Part shown: in pieces, positions 46,250 to 58,950 of the stretch
Layout of the letters: each line of letters begins with the position of its first letter
How positions within the stretch are numbered: the first letter of the stretch is position 1
NCBI RefSeq assembly: GCF_039555335.1
Contig: NC_092647.1
Location: 18,756,946 to 18,820,945 of the forward strand
Origin: Amphiura filiformis
Taxonomy: Eukaryota
Direction of reading: 5' to 3'
DNA length: 64,000 nt
Notes under the pieces: model-generated
What the model was told of the DNA's origin: nothing
Databases searched by the model: none
The model's input: the letters and a program-made list of their open reading frames with translations, nothing else
Translations under genes and position numbers: made by a program

Positions 46250-47579
46250 CTTAAACATAAATTTACAATGCAATCTGTGAAAAGTAAGGCAAGATCAAAA
46301 CGGGCAGGTTAAAAGTTGTATATACTTATTATGCAAGATGTGTTTTTACCCTCACTTTGGTGGAAAATGCTTATTTAGGCTTAACTTAGTAAGCCCGTAA
46401 CTTTAAATTATTTGGACCTTTCTTTCTACGCTTAGTGTTTTTATATCATTTTTTTGTTCTTTATATTTTTATACGTTTTCAGTGGCTTGGGACCAACGTT
46501 TAATTTGTTACATTTTGGGCAACATTGCTACATAATACACATTATGTATCATGTATTTAGGCCTATGTATCTGTTTATTTTTAAATCGTTTGCTTTGGGC
46601 ATGTTTAATAATGATAAAAGCCACAGTAGGTCTATTTTCGGTATAATTTTTATTTCACTTTAGTACATCTGATGTTTCATCTGATAGTATTTTGGCATGT
46701 TTGAATATTTACTTACATCGATCAGTAGGCCTATCCGATAATTAAATATTATAATGTTAGGGACGCTCCAGTTGATTTCGGGAGGGGGACTGGAAGTTGA
46801 GCTTTTATTTCGCGTAGGAAGCGGCGAAGTTTGTTTGTTGTTGTTTTTTGCCGCCGAAGTTCAGGGACATAATAGGCCTAGGTAAAATGGGTTGCAATAA
46901 GGCCAACCAAATAAAACAAAGTTTACACATTTAAAATTTTCGTACCTTACTTCGGCTTAAAGTAGAATCATACCTGATTTAGGTCCTTGCTGCGAATCAA
47001 CAATATATATCCTCGGAATGATTCCATCACAAATTATAATTACTAGTATCCAAGATAAATAAATAGTGTCCATAATTGCAAGGTTGTCCAAAATCGAACA
47101 CTCGATTCATAGAGAAGAATATCATTGCTCATGATAGCGGCAGGTCTACCTTTCTTGAGGTACAAAACTGCAATGATCTGCATTTAACTATTTCATATTA
47201 ACCTATGACCAGTTTGCCAATTTTCTTTATTATGCAAAATACAGACCTAAACGCAACTACTTCAATCATGTCAATAGTTAACACATTAGAAGTGGGCATA
47301 AAGAACTATTGATTGTACTTCTAATCACTTTAATGATTTTACGAATCTACGTTTATTCAATTTGGGTAACAAACATTTTAGATCTTTATAATTCAAGAAC
47401 GTGGTTACGGATGATTTAAACTAAACACCTGGATCGTGATATGATGGGTAATTCTATAGAAATTTTACATAAAGCTGAGTCCGTGTATTTTTCACCCGCA
47501 CCTAGTACGATCATTCTATTAGTGTATTTGATAGTGTATTCAGTGTGAGCAATTGATCAATTTGTAAAGAGCATCAAAT

Positions 47580-47760
47580 TTCAATAACACTCCATTCGTG
47601 GAAAATAATGGAGCGGTAAAACAATAGCGCGACGTCATAAGTGTATATTAAGTCGGTTAATGGTCGCGGATTAGAACGTGAGTGGCTAAGAATGGCCTAG
47701 GGCCTCCGGCCCACGGCCATTCTTAGCCACTCACGTTCTAATCCGCGGCCATTATCCTAT
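47580..47760. repeat. Inverted repeat partner of 44600-44660, plus an adjacent perfect 2x58-bp palindrome (47640-47760)
   Basis: 44600-44660 tacacacctatgacgtcgcgctattgttttaccgctccattattttccacgaatggagcg is the reverse complement of 47583-47642. The palindrome is ggtcgcggattagaacgtgagtggctaagaatggcctagggcc|tccggcccacggccattcttagccactcacgttctaatccgcggcc. Confidence 0.6.
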
Positions 47761-48570
47761 ACAGAAAATTGTTAAAAATTGTACATTTCTCAGAATTGCA
47801 TGACACTAAATATCTATTGCACCCACGATAAATTGTACCATATCATCAAAAGCATCCAAAGGACAAAAACAAATGATCATAAATTATGCGTCCATCTAAA
47901 TGTTCAGATTTCATCAGATAAATGATAATGTGAAACTATTGACTCGGCGCTGGAATTGTTGCCTGTTTTTACCTCGGGATTCCGAAATCACGTTCAAAAT
48001 ATTGGATTCTGTCATATTTACACCAACGTAGACTTCCATTTTACATGGCGTTTTATTTTAGTATTTGAATATACATTGTAATTGTTTGAAAATTTTAATT
48101 TTTAGAAAAACAAGGGCTTTGATTTCAGCAATTTTACATTTATTAGCGCACATGTGCATTGTGTTCATTTTCCCATTCACGTTTTTTTTTTTTACGTAGA
48201 AGACCACGCTGATTCTGAACTTGATGTTCATCACATCGAACTGATAATGAAATCAATTTTTTTGACATTTTATAATCTTTTGAGAATTATTGAATAAGCA
48301 AGTTGAAATTCATTTCATGATACTGAAGCTCAGAATTTATTCCATGCATATATCAGACAATTATCATCGTCAGGTTATTTGGCGATTTAAAGTAATATAC
48401 CTTGAGTATATCGTACAGAAATGTTAGGCTCCCTGTAATTTTAGTAGTTTTGATTATGAACACTATCTTCGGTGAATTGTGTTTGGTTAAAATTTGTAGC
48501 TGCAAAAACAAGATGTTGTACGCCTATACCTTAAAATGTGGTGCGTTACTAGGCCTAATATATAATAAAC

Positions 48571-49016
48571 ATCTCAAAAAAAGTAACTAACCCCCCTTAA
48601 ATAATGACCATTATTCAAAAACGGGTGATTGTATTACAAATCTGTAAAATGTGTTGGAAGCAGAATTTATTTCTGCACATTTTGACACCTCGTTTGTAGC
48701 AATTGACTAAATAATGACGTCACAGCGTACATTTAAATCAATGTAGATTTGAAAGTTGCAGTAAATTTTATTGATTTTGCATTCAGTGTAATGATATACT
48801 GAGTGTTTTTGTATTGTAAAAATGTGTATGTAAGTGCAACTTTCAAATCTGGACCTCACTACATTAAATTGACCGGTGTTTTATTGTTTTCTGGGCTATC
48901 GTATCAAATGAGGTGATGCTTCCAAATGAGGAGATGCTTCCAACGCATTTTACAGATTTGTAATACAATAGCCTCTTTTTGAATAATTTAAGGGGGGTTA
49001 GTTACTTTTTTTGAGA
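48571..49016. mobile_element. MITE with ~45-bp TIRs (ATCTCAAAAAAAGTAACTAACCCCCCTTAAATTATT...)
   Basis: 5' end atctcaaaaaaagtaactaaccccccttaaataatgaccattattcaaaaa. 3' end tttttgaataatttaaggggggttagttactttttttgagat. An internal inverted repeat actgcaactttcaaatc is also present. Confidence 0.6.
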
Positions 49017-50279
49017 TGTTTACAATCAATTACATTTATAATACAGGGTGATGAATTCCACGTTAATGAGTTTTACAAAATCGTGGAAAGAAACGTGCAA
49101 ATCTGATATTTCAATTTTAAAATAGCTGATTCACACCCTCTGTATTAAAAAAACACTAACAAAATTAAGGGGACTGTCATTTTCTTTGGGAGCTGGGTCC
49201 AGTAAAAATAAAAATTAACGTGACAGATTCAATTTGTGTAAATCTCTAAATCTGAGGTTGGTCATTCGTATGACCAAAGGTAGGCCTATGATGAGAGCCT
49301 CGAGAGCTCTCCTTGCATTCAACTTCATGAACCCATTTTCAATTGTATTTGAAAAAGGACCCACACTTCAGTTTTAACAATTTTATAAACCCTATATTTT
49401 AGTAGGCCTATATCAAAATATTATGACTCCCGGTGGTTTTTGGGCCCATTTCCAAACAAAATGACAGTAAATTGCAAGTTACTTATCCTACCATGACATA
49501 CACCGAAAAGATTAATTCATCAAAAAATGTGGTATAATTTAACAAATTAAAATTAAAATTAGTCAATGTAAATGAAATATTTATTATTAAAGACAAAAAT
49601 GGTGAAAGTGCTTGGAATGTTGAGGGAACAATTTATAGCATCTCAAATTAATATTCATCATTACAAATATTTTCACGACTCATTTTTAATGACGGAATTG
49701 ATGAGTAGGCCTAATTTATAAAACAAATTAATGAATGACAATGTCTATGACAAATTAAATGACTAATTTTAATTCATAATTGATTCATCATAAATTTGTC
49801 ATACTCATGCACCAAAATGTTTTTAGACCACATTTTTTGACGAATTAATGTTTTCAGTGAAACCTATAATCTTTGCAACACAATGTAACTCAACCTAACC
49901 TGATCTTGCCTTACTAGTAACCCAGCAACCATAACACGTTACTTAAACTTAAGGGGTATGAAGAGTGTAAAACATTTTAATAACATTCAAAAACATTTTT
50001 GAAAACTTGCTGCAGCGTGCTGTTGAAATGTTTAAAAAATATGTTTGCCTAAAATATTTTGCAATAAAATTTCATATAACGTATCTTTAAAAACGTTTTC
50101 ATGACCTTTATACAACTCGCCATTATAAATATTAAAACGTTTTGACTCAAATCAAAATACGTTTTCAACACGTTTATAACGTTTTAAAAACACTTCTGTG
50201 TTTGCTGGGAACACAACTTTATATTCTACATGTAGGCCTATAGTATCTAGGCTTAATTGATAATATATCAATATATTTA

Positions 50280-50410
50280 AACACACCTAGCATTACTTTA
50301 CTTAACCCTAGCATGGCACAACCTAACATAACCCAAGCATGGCACAACCTAACATAAACCTATGGCACAACCTAACATAACCCTATCCGTTATAGCACGA
50401 CATAACCTAA
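50280..50410. repeat. Tandem repeat with ~30-bp unit (CATAACCC-AGCATGGCACAACCTAA)
   Basis: ttaaccctagcatggcacaacctaacataacccaagcatggcacaacctaacataaacctatggcacaacctaacataaccctatcc. Confidence 0.7.
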
Positions 50411-50439
50411 CCCAATAACCTAACCCATAATCTTACCTT

Positions 50440-50985
50440 TAATTCTCGCTATTCGCAATAAGGGCGCCGCCAGCGGTTTGTGATGTAATCGTGATGTATC
50501 ATGGGAAAAGGTCGACATCAAGTCCGCGCAATACGAATATTACCATGCTATTACATAGGAACACGTGACAATATTTTTTAGTTTGTCAAAATAAAGGTGT
50601 TACACGCGAATCGATACTCAATAATACTTAATAATGTGATTTGAAATGTGCACAATTCATTTTTTCTATCGATTTGCGTGTAATACCGTTATATTGACAA
50701 ACTAAAAATATTGTCACGTGTTCCTATGTAATAGCATGGTAATATTCGTATTGCGCGGCCTTGGATGTCGACCTTTTCCCATGATACATCACGATTTTCC
50801 CATGATACATCACGATTACATCGCAAACCGCTGGCGGCGCCCTTATTGCGAATAGCGAGAATTGAAGACTAGTTTGTGTATGACGTTCTGTCAACCAGAC
50901 CAAAAAAAATGCCGTACTGCGCAGGTCAGCAACCAATCACGCCACGCCTTTGCCCTGACGTCAGACGCAAACTAGTCTTAATTAT
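50440..50985. mobile_element. Long palindromic element with ~190-bp arms, plus a short flanking inverted repeat
   Basis: ctcgctattcgcaataagggcgccgccagcggtttgcgatgtaatcgtgatgtatcatggg...tgtcacgtgttcctatgtaatagcatggtaatattcgtattgcgcgg mirrored 50440-50640 against 50680-50870. Then gactagtttg...caaactagtct at 50870-50980. Confidence 0.6.
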
Positions 50986-53629
50986 TATAATATAACCATA
51001 ATCCTAACCCAGTACACGGACAGATAGGCTTGGTCTCTAAAATTCTGATGAAATTATAATCTATCTTTGTACGCGTTTTATGTTGATTTCATCACCCTGT
51101 GCCAGAAATATATTATATTTCATTAAAAACCTCCTTGGTATTGGCCTAGACCATACGACAATATACAAAAAAAACCTAGGCCTATTACAGAAAAGTTTAG
51201 GCTTATGCCAGGGTCTACATTTCTGCACAATAAATTATCAAGGCCTATTTCTTTGAATCGCCAACTAACTTTGCGATGCTAATTGTCATGATACATGCAC
51301 CGAATCAATAAAGAGCTTCATAATCATAAAATGAATTTCAACCTGCTTGTTAAATCATTCTTAAAAGATTATCAATGTCAAATGATTTGATTTCATTATC
51401 ATTTAGATGTTATGAACATCAAGTTCGGAATCCGCGTGGAATCTACATTAAAAATAGTTGAATATAGGAAAGTTAACATAATGTACATGTACGCTAATAT
51501 AAACGTAAAATTGCTCAAATGGTGGCCTTCGTTTTTTCTCAAAATTATTACGATTTTAAGACGATAGCATTGTACATTTACATACTAAAATGAAATTCCT
51601 TGTTAAATGGAAATCTACTTTGGTGTAAATGTGACAAAATCCAATATTTTGAATAAAATTCCGGAATCTTGAGGTAAAAACGGTCAACAGTTCAAACGCC
51701 AAATCATTAATTTCACACTATCATTTATCTGATGAAATATGGACATTTTAGATGGACACATACTTTATGATTATTTGTTTTTGTACCGTGGATGCGTTTT
51801 AAGATATGGAACAATTTATCAAGGGTTCAATATATATTTAGTGTCATGCAATTTTGAGAAATATAGGCTACAATTAAAAACAAAAGTCCACAGAAACTTT
51901 GCATTATTGCTTTTAAATCAATAACCATGATTTTAATCAACAACCTCAACTCAACCGGGGGAGCACTCCCTTATGATGTAACGTGCATGAGTGTCTCCCC
52001 TTTTTGGAGTACATACTGATTTTAGTGTTCCACGATTTACGCCGTTGAAACCCGAATATTATTCGAAATTTAGTGATTAAAAATGAATACCATGCATTCA
52101 ATCATCTTTCTATTAATTTTATTTTATTTTATTTTGCATTATGCCGTACGGAGACTCACATACCCATCGGAGGACTACAATGTATTGCCGAAATCAAGTA
52201 GGTCTACATCTGAAAAGATCAACGAAGCTATACATGATAGTGATACACAAGCATAATAAGTAGAGGTGGCCATGCAATGATAGAGGGACCAAAAAACCAC
52301 CGATATCTGAAGATCTGCAAAGCGGAGAAGCGGAAGGCAAAAAGAAGATTGCACGATGATATAAAATCATAAAGATTGGGGCGGAACAAGGGATGTACGA
52401 GACAAGCAGATATTGAACATTATTGAAGGCTTCACACTACAGAGGATGAAACGGAATAGCGAGTGGAAGTGCAGACTATAGTTGCACCAAAACATTTTGC
52501 ATTAGGTAAGTTGTCGAAGTAGTAGGTAGACTTTATAAATCTAATGCTATATACTTCATCCCAGCTACATACACTTTAAATTTTAGGCCTTTTGGGAAAC
52601 TTCAATGCAAAAGGTAAATATTTTCTTATGATGGTCGGCCTTTCCTAAAAGACACTTTAAGTTCAATACATAGCAATATCTTTATAAAGTTACTAGTACT
52701 TCGAGTACTGTTAAATGTCACAAATTTTAATTTTAATTTAATTTCGCCGTAAAATTTGAATTATATCGCGAATTTCACAAAATCAGAAATATTTGATATC
52801 ATCAGGACATTACTCGTATTCAGAATGCAATTTGGTGTGTTTATAATGTGCTCTCATGTCCTATACATAAAATACTGTGCAAAGGTTGGTTACAGAAACA
52901 TAATTATTACTCGCCGCTTATTTTTTTAAATGCTTGTTTTGCATATTTTAAGTTTGCGCTTGCGAGGACTGAGCGGATCACCTGAAGATCGGCAGCTATA
53001 GCAATATTTAATCACATTACCAATCGGAGACCAACTAATCGAGTCGATCCGATTTGATTGTTTTGAAATACCAAAACATTATGTGATTCGCTCTGACAAA
53101 ACCAGGAACAAGTCACATTTTTGACATTTCATGATTTCAATAAAAAATATAAGCATAAAATTATACCAGAATTACATAAATATAGCATCAATACTTTTCA
53201 AGATATGGATAATTTTTGTCAAATTGCTATTCTGAGTAATGGACCAATTAGTTTACTGCCTTACATAGGATTGAATAGGGATTGTTGTAGTTCAGCTGTT
53301 ATTTATTGATTAAATAAACCACTTAGTCCCACAGTCAAATACCATGAAATGAAGAATTCCAAATTTTTTTTATGGGAATGCCATCTGTTAAAGGCCTATA
53401 ACTCAAAAACATGTCTGGCGACTTGTTCCGGGTTTTGTTGGAGCTGGTCACATTATTATTTTGGCTTTTTTTTTTTTAAATAGTTCACTGAATATGAAAT
53501 TTATATTGCAAGTTAGGTCGAAGTAAGCACGGTAAAGGATTAACATGTTTGTAGCAGAATGTTTAAGTTGCAAAAAAAAACATTTGTTTTAAATCGGAAG
53601 TAGCCTCCGTCCTCTAATCTTTACACATA

Positions 53630-53790
53630 TCTGAACCAACCCCCCGGGATAAAAGCAGGGGGCGACCGAAATGAAGGGGCGACGGAAGAAGGGGCGGCAA
53701 AAACAAGGGCGGCAAAAATAGGGGCGGCAAAAAAGAAGGGGGCGGCAAATAGAATTAGTAAATAAAAAAGGGCGGCAAATTTTGATAAAG
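53630..53790. promoter_or_regulatory. Tandem GC-box-like repeats (GGGGCGGCAAAAA x about 7); candidate regulatory sequence or simple minisatellite
   Basis: agggggcgaccgaaatgaaggggcgacggaagaaggggcggcaaaaacaagggcggcaaaaataggggcggcaaaaaagaagggggcggcaaatag...aagggcggcaaatttt. It is a GC-rich island in AT-rich DNA. Confidence 0.25.
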
Positions 53791-55399
53791 CATAACATTT
53801 TTTGAAAAAATGGCACTATAAATCAATGTGCTGCTTTTAGGGCGCTAGCGCGTGAAACCCAAAGTCTTACTTAAAAAGAAACCAAAAAAATGCACATGTG
53901 GCATGATCTGGTCCATGGAAGTCAAAGGAGGCATTTTTGAGTTATTATAATCATAATTTTATACAAACATTATACTGAAAACACTGAAGATCTAGCATAC
54001 TTAGTTCTAAAGTTATGTGGTGCCTATTTTCTTATGTATTTTATTGTTTTTCACTTCATATTTTTGCCTTTTTCTTAATTTCAAATTTGCCGCCTTTGGC
54101 CCCATGGACCAGCTCGTGTTACGTATAGTTTTCAAATATCAATTCAAATGTAGCTTTGTAAGTTAGCTTTACACAACACGTCAGATCTTTTCGGATATAG
54201 TTTTATAAAAAAAACTATACCTCTCCTTTGTTTTAAGGACGAGATCCACTGCTGACTAGTGAATACTGTCTTCTTCAGGCCATTCACGGAAACAACGCAG
54301 CTGTTTGCCTATTGGATCGACTGCCGTATCTTCAGTGGACCAAGTGCGGGACCAAGTGGGACATCCAAAATCAGCAAGGCAGAACAGAAGACCCAGAAAT
54401 GAATGTTGAGACTTTGCTGTTAATAAATCTTTTTCATCTGAAATTATCAGTGGTTTTACTTTGAAAAAAAAATAAAGAAAATATATCGAAATTACTCACA
54501 ATCCCTTTCAATAATAAATATAGCTTCTGGTGATGTCATCTGACTATTATTTTGTAAAAGTAAAATCACTGATAATTTCAGCAGTGGTCGTTTCTTGATG
54601 CAGTCAACACAAATGACTTTAATGATAATGAACATGGTAAATGTTATATGTAGACCATATGTATATCTCAGCCCAATTTGGGTGCAATTGTGTCAACACC
54701 CAGTTTAGATTTGGACAACACAACAACTTTTTTAGTGTATGAACAAACATTTTCATAGAGCACGTTATTATTACATATTTGTTTGTTTTTGGTTTAGGTT
54801 TTTTTTGGGGGGGGGGTAGGTATTTTTTGTTGGTTTTAAACGAATTTTATTACGACGCTGCGTGTGATCATTTTAGCCTATCTGACGGTAATCAAATGTC
54901 TTAACATTAACCTTCACATGTATGTTACTCAACACTACACTATGCAACTTTACGACGTTGTGACAACGTTAAATGACGTGTGAGTGTGTGTTACTCGGTT
55001 AACCTTAATCCCTAACCATAACCTTAACCATATGGCACTGTAACAATAACCCTAACCTAACCATAAAACTGCAACCACCATTAGCACGACTTATTAGGTC
55101 CGTATAAACAAAGGCGTAGACCGGGTCTAAAGTTAGACCTGGTTTAAGTGAAATTTAGTCCCAGGAGAAAGGACATTTTCCTTCACATTTGCTTAATTTA
55201 TTTTGTATTATTTTTGAACTTTGAATTTAAATCTATAGAATTTGCTAGCTACTTATGAAAGAAATAAGAGTAAAGGACCATTCCTTATGGAATTCCACTT
55301 AGACCAGGTCTCCTTTGTGCACTTTGTTCATGTCAACGTTTTGCACTTCACTCAATGTATTTCGTCAACCCACCCCTACATACGTAAATTTTAAATCGG

Positions 55400-58300
55400 A
55401 AATAATAATGATTAAAATGATCACGCATTTGCGCACTTTTAATTGCGATTTACGCGAGTAATTAAGTGAATATTCATGAGATCATATAAAATGAGAATAT
55501 TCATGAGGTAATGTCATAATGCGAATATTCATATGAGGGCAAGTATGCTAATAGTCATTAGGTAATAAAAATATAATATGATAGTGAAAATGTTTTACAT
55601 TAAAATATTAATCGTGATAAAACCACACAATTCTGAAGTAAATTGAACAAATGTATTTTATAGGAGTTGCGTGGTTTGTGTGATTGCGGTGTGTATTTGA
55701 TGGAATATTATCAATATTTAAATATTTATAAATATTTTTAAAAATCAAATTTGTATGAATATTCCAATTTATATATTCAAATATTTAAGAATATTCCATT
55801 TTTTAAATATTAGTTTCAATTCTTATAATGTCAATAATATCCAAAAAATGTGAATATTCCTAATATTTTAAAATTCACGAAATGATTCAACTTCATTTTG
55901 TATGAATATTCAAATTCAAATTCAAATTAGAAATTTAATATTAAAAATCGTAAAAATTTGAATATTCATAATTGAATATTCATCAAACTTGAATACTCGT
56001 TTAAATTTGATTAAATACAATGGATAAAAATTGAATATTCAAAGAAAAAAATAAAATTTGAATATACAATATTTTCATAATTATTGTTTCATCAATTTTT
56101 ATAATGCAATTTTACGAATTCTAAATTTAAATTTAGATTTAGATTTAGATTCAAATTTAGATTTAGATTCAAATTTAGATTTAGATTCAAATTTAGATTT
56201 AGATTCAAATTTAGATTAAGATTCAAATTTAGATAAGATACAAATTTAGGTAAGATACAAATTTAGGTAAGATCTAAATTTAGGTAAGATTCAAATTTAG
56301 GTAAGATTCAAATTTAGGTAAGATTCAAATTTAGGTAAGATTCAAATTTAGGTAAGATTCAAATTTAGGTAAGATTCAAATTTAGGTAAGATTCAAATTT
56401 AGGTAAGATTCAAATTTAGGTAAGATTCAAATTTAGGTAAGATTCAAATTTAGGTAAGATTCAAATTTAGGTAAGATTCAAATTTAGGTAAGATTCAAAT
56501 TTAGGTAAGATTCAAATTTAGGTAAGATTCAAATTTAGGTAAATTTAGATTGGATTCGAATTTAGATTAGATTCGAATTTAGATTAGATTCGAATTTAGA
56601 TTAGATTCGAATTTAGATTAGATTCGAATTTAGATTAGATTCGAATTTAGATTAGATTCGAATTTAGATTAGATTCGAATTTAGATTAGATTCGAATTTA
56701 GATTAGATTCGAATTTGCATCAGAATTTGCATCATTAAAATTTAAAATTTGCATATATTAAAATCCAAAATTTGCATAAAATCTAAAATTTGCATATCAT
56801 TAAAATTTAAAATTTGCATATCATTAAAATTTAAAATTTGCATATCATTGAAATTTAAAATTTGCATATCATTAAAATTAAAAAATTTGCATATCATTAA
56901 AATTAAAAAATTTGCATATCACTAAAATTAAACAAATTGCATATCACTAAAATTTAAAATTTGCATATCATTAAAATTTAAAATTGGCATATCATTAAAA
57001 TTTGCATATCATTAAAATTAATTTTTTTATATATTAAAATTTGCATATCATTAAAATTTAAAATTTTCATATATTAAAATTTGCATATCAATAAAATTTA
57101 AAATTTGCATATCATTAAAATTTGCATATCATTAAAATTTAAAATTTGCATATCATTAAAATGTGCATATCATTGAAAATATATGACGTCATCTCATGAA
57201 TATGCAAATAAATGACGTCATCGTATGAATATGCAAATGAATGACGCCATTATATGCAAATGAATGACGTCATCGTATGAATATGCAAAATGATTGACGT
57301 CATCGCATGAATATGCAAATAAATGACGTCATCGTATGAATATGCAAATAAATGACGTTATCGCATGAATATCCAAATAAATGACGTCATCGTATGAATA
57401 TGCAAATGAATGACGTCATCGCATGAATATGCAAATAAATGACGTCATCGTATGAATATGCAAATAAATGACGTCATTGCAGGAATATGCAAATGAATGA
57501 CGTCATCGTATGAATATGTAAATGAATGACGTCATCGTATGAATATGCAAATAAATGACGTCTTCGCATGAATATGCAAATAAATGACGTCATCGCATGA
57601 ATATGCAAATAAATGACGTCATCGTATGAATATGCAAATGATTGACGTCATTGCATGAATATGCAAATGAATGACGTCATCGTATGAATATGCAAATAAA
57701 TGACGTCATCGCAGGAATATGCAAATGAATGACGTCATCGTATGAATATGCAAATGAATGACGTCATCGTATGAATATGCAAATAAATAACGTCATCGCA
57801 TGAATATGCAAATAAATGACGTCATCGCATGAATATGCAAATAAATGACGTCATCGTATGAATATGCAAATAAATGGCGGCATCGCATGAATATGCAAAT
57901 GAATGGCGTCATCGCATGAATATGTAAATGAATGACGACATCGTATGAATATGCAAATAAATGACGTCATCGCAGGAATATGCAAATGAATTACGTCATC
58001 GTATGAATATGTAAATGAATGACGTCATCGCATGAATATGCACATAAATGACGTCATCGCATGAATATGCAAATAAATGACGCCATCGAATAAATATACA
58101 AATAAATGACGTCATCTAATGAATATGCAAATAACTTTCATCTCGTGAATATATAAGTGACGTCATCTCATGAATATGTAAATATAAATGACGTCATCGC
58201 ATGAATATGTAAATAAATGACGTCATCGCATGAATATTCAAATAAATAACGTCATCTCATGAATATACAAATAAATGACGTCATAAATGATAGAATATTT

Positions 58301-58950
58301 TATAATATTCATAAATTTTGAATGCTGACTTTTGAAATATAAAAATTCTTAAAATTCTAATAATTAATTTCCTTTTAAAAATTGGATGGAATATTTATGC
58401 AGATAAATATTTTTGTATGATATATGGACCAAACCACACAACTCTCGAATACATTTGTTAAATTTACATTTATGCTTAATTATCATGCTTAATATTTCAA
58501 TATTTAATATTAATTATTATTTGATGACTATTTGAGATCAAGGGGAAAATTGCCCAAAGTTGACTAAATTGTCCAAAAACGACTGACATTTCACAAAATT
58601 GCATAAAGCTGCCTTGTCCATTTTGATCGACTTTCGGCAACTAATAAGCTCTAATAGTGACCACGGCAACAACCTCCGCTAACTTTGAGCACATGTTCGC
58701 AAGGTGGCGCAATTTTGAGTAATTTTGAAAACAACTTTAGGCAATTTTAAGTAATTTTAAGTAATCTTGTGAAACTTTTTGACAACTTCGGGCACTTTCC
58801 CCCGTGACATGGGCCTTATTTGCAAACATGATATCATGACTATTTGCCCTCAAAATTAGTGAATATCTTTGTGAATATTCAAAAGTCGGGTATGACATAA
58901 CCTCATGAATATTCATTCACATCATTATTCGCGTAAATCGCAAGTTCCGA
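55400..58950. repeat. Complex satellite block, in order: ATGAATATTCAT-motif repeats (55400-56100); three different 17-bp arrays (56110-56220, 56220-56545, 56545-56710); a ~24-bp array (56710-57180); and a 30-bp array x about 37 (57180-58300)
   Basis: Units ttagatttagattcaaa, aatttaggtaagattca x about 19, atttagattagattcga x about 10, catatcattaaaatttaaaatttg x about 18, and aatgacgtcatcg(c/t)atgaatatgcaaataa x about 37. The array is bounded by inverted atgaatattcat motifs. Confidence 0.9.

Noticed and set aside
56110-58300. Highly regular short direct repeats resembling a CRISPR-like array
   Set aside because: This is a eukaryotic locus with introns and SINEs. The units are 17-30 bp with no unique spacers between them and no cas genes. 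These are satellites.
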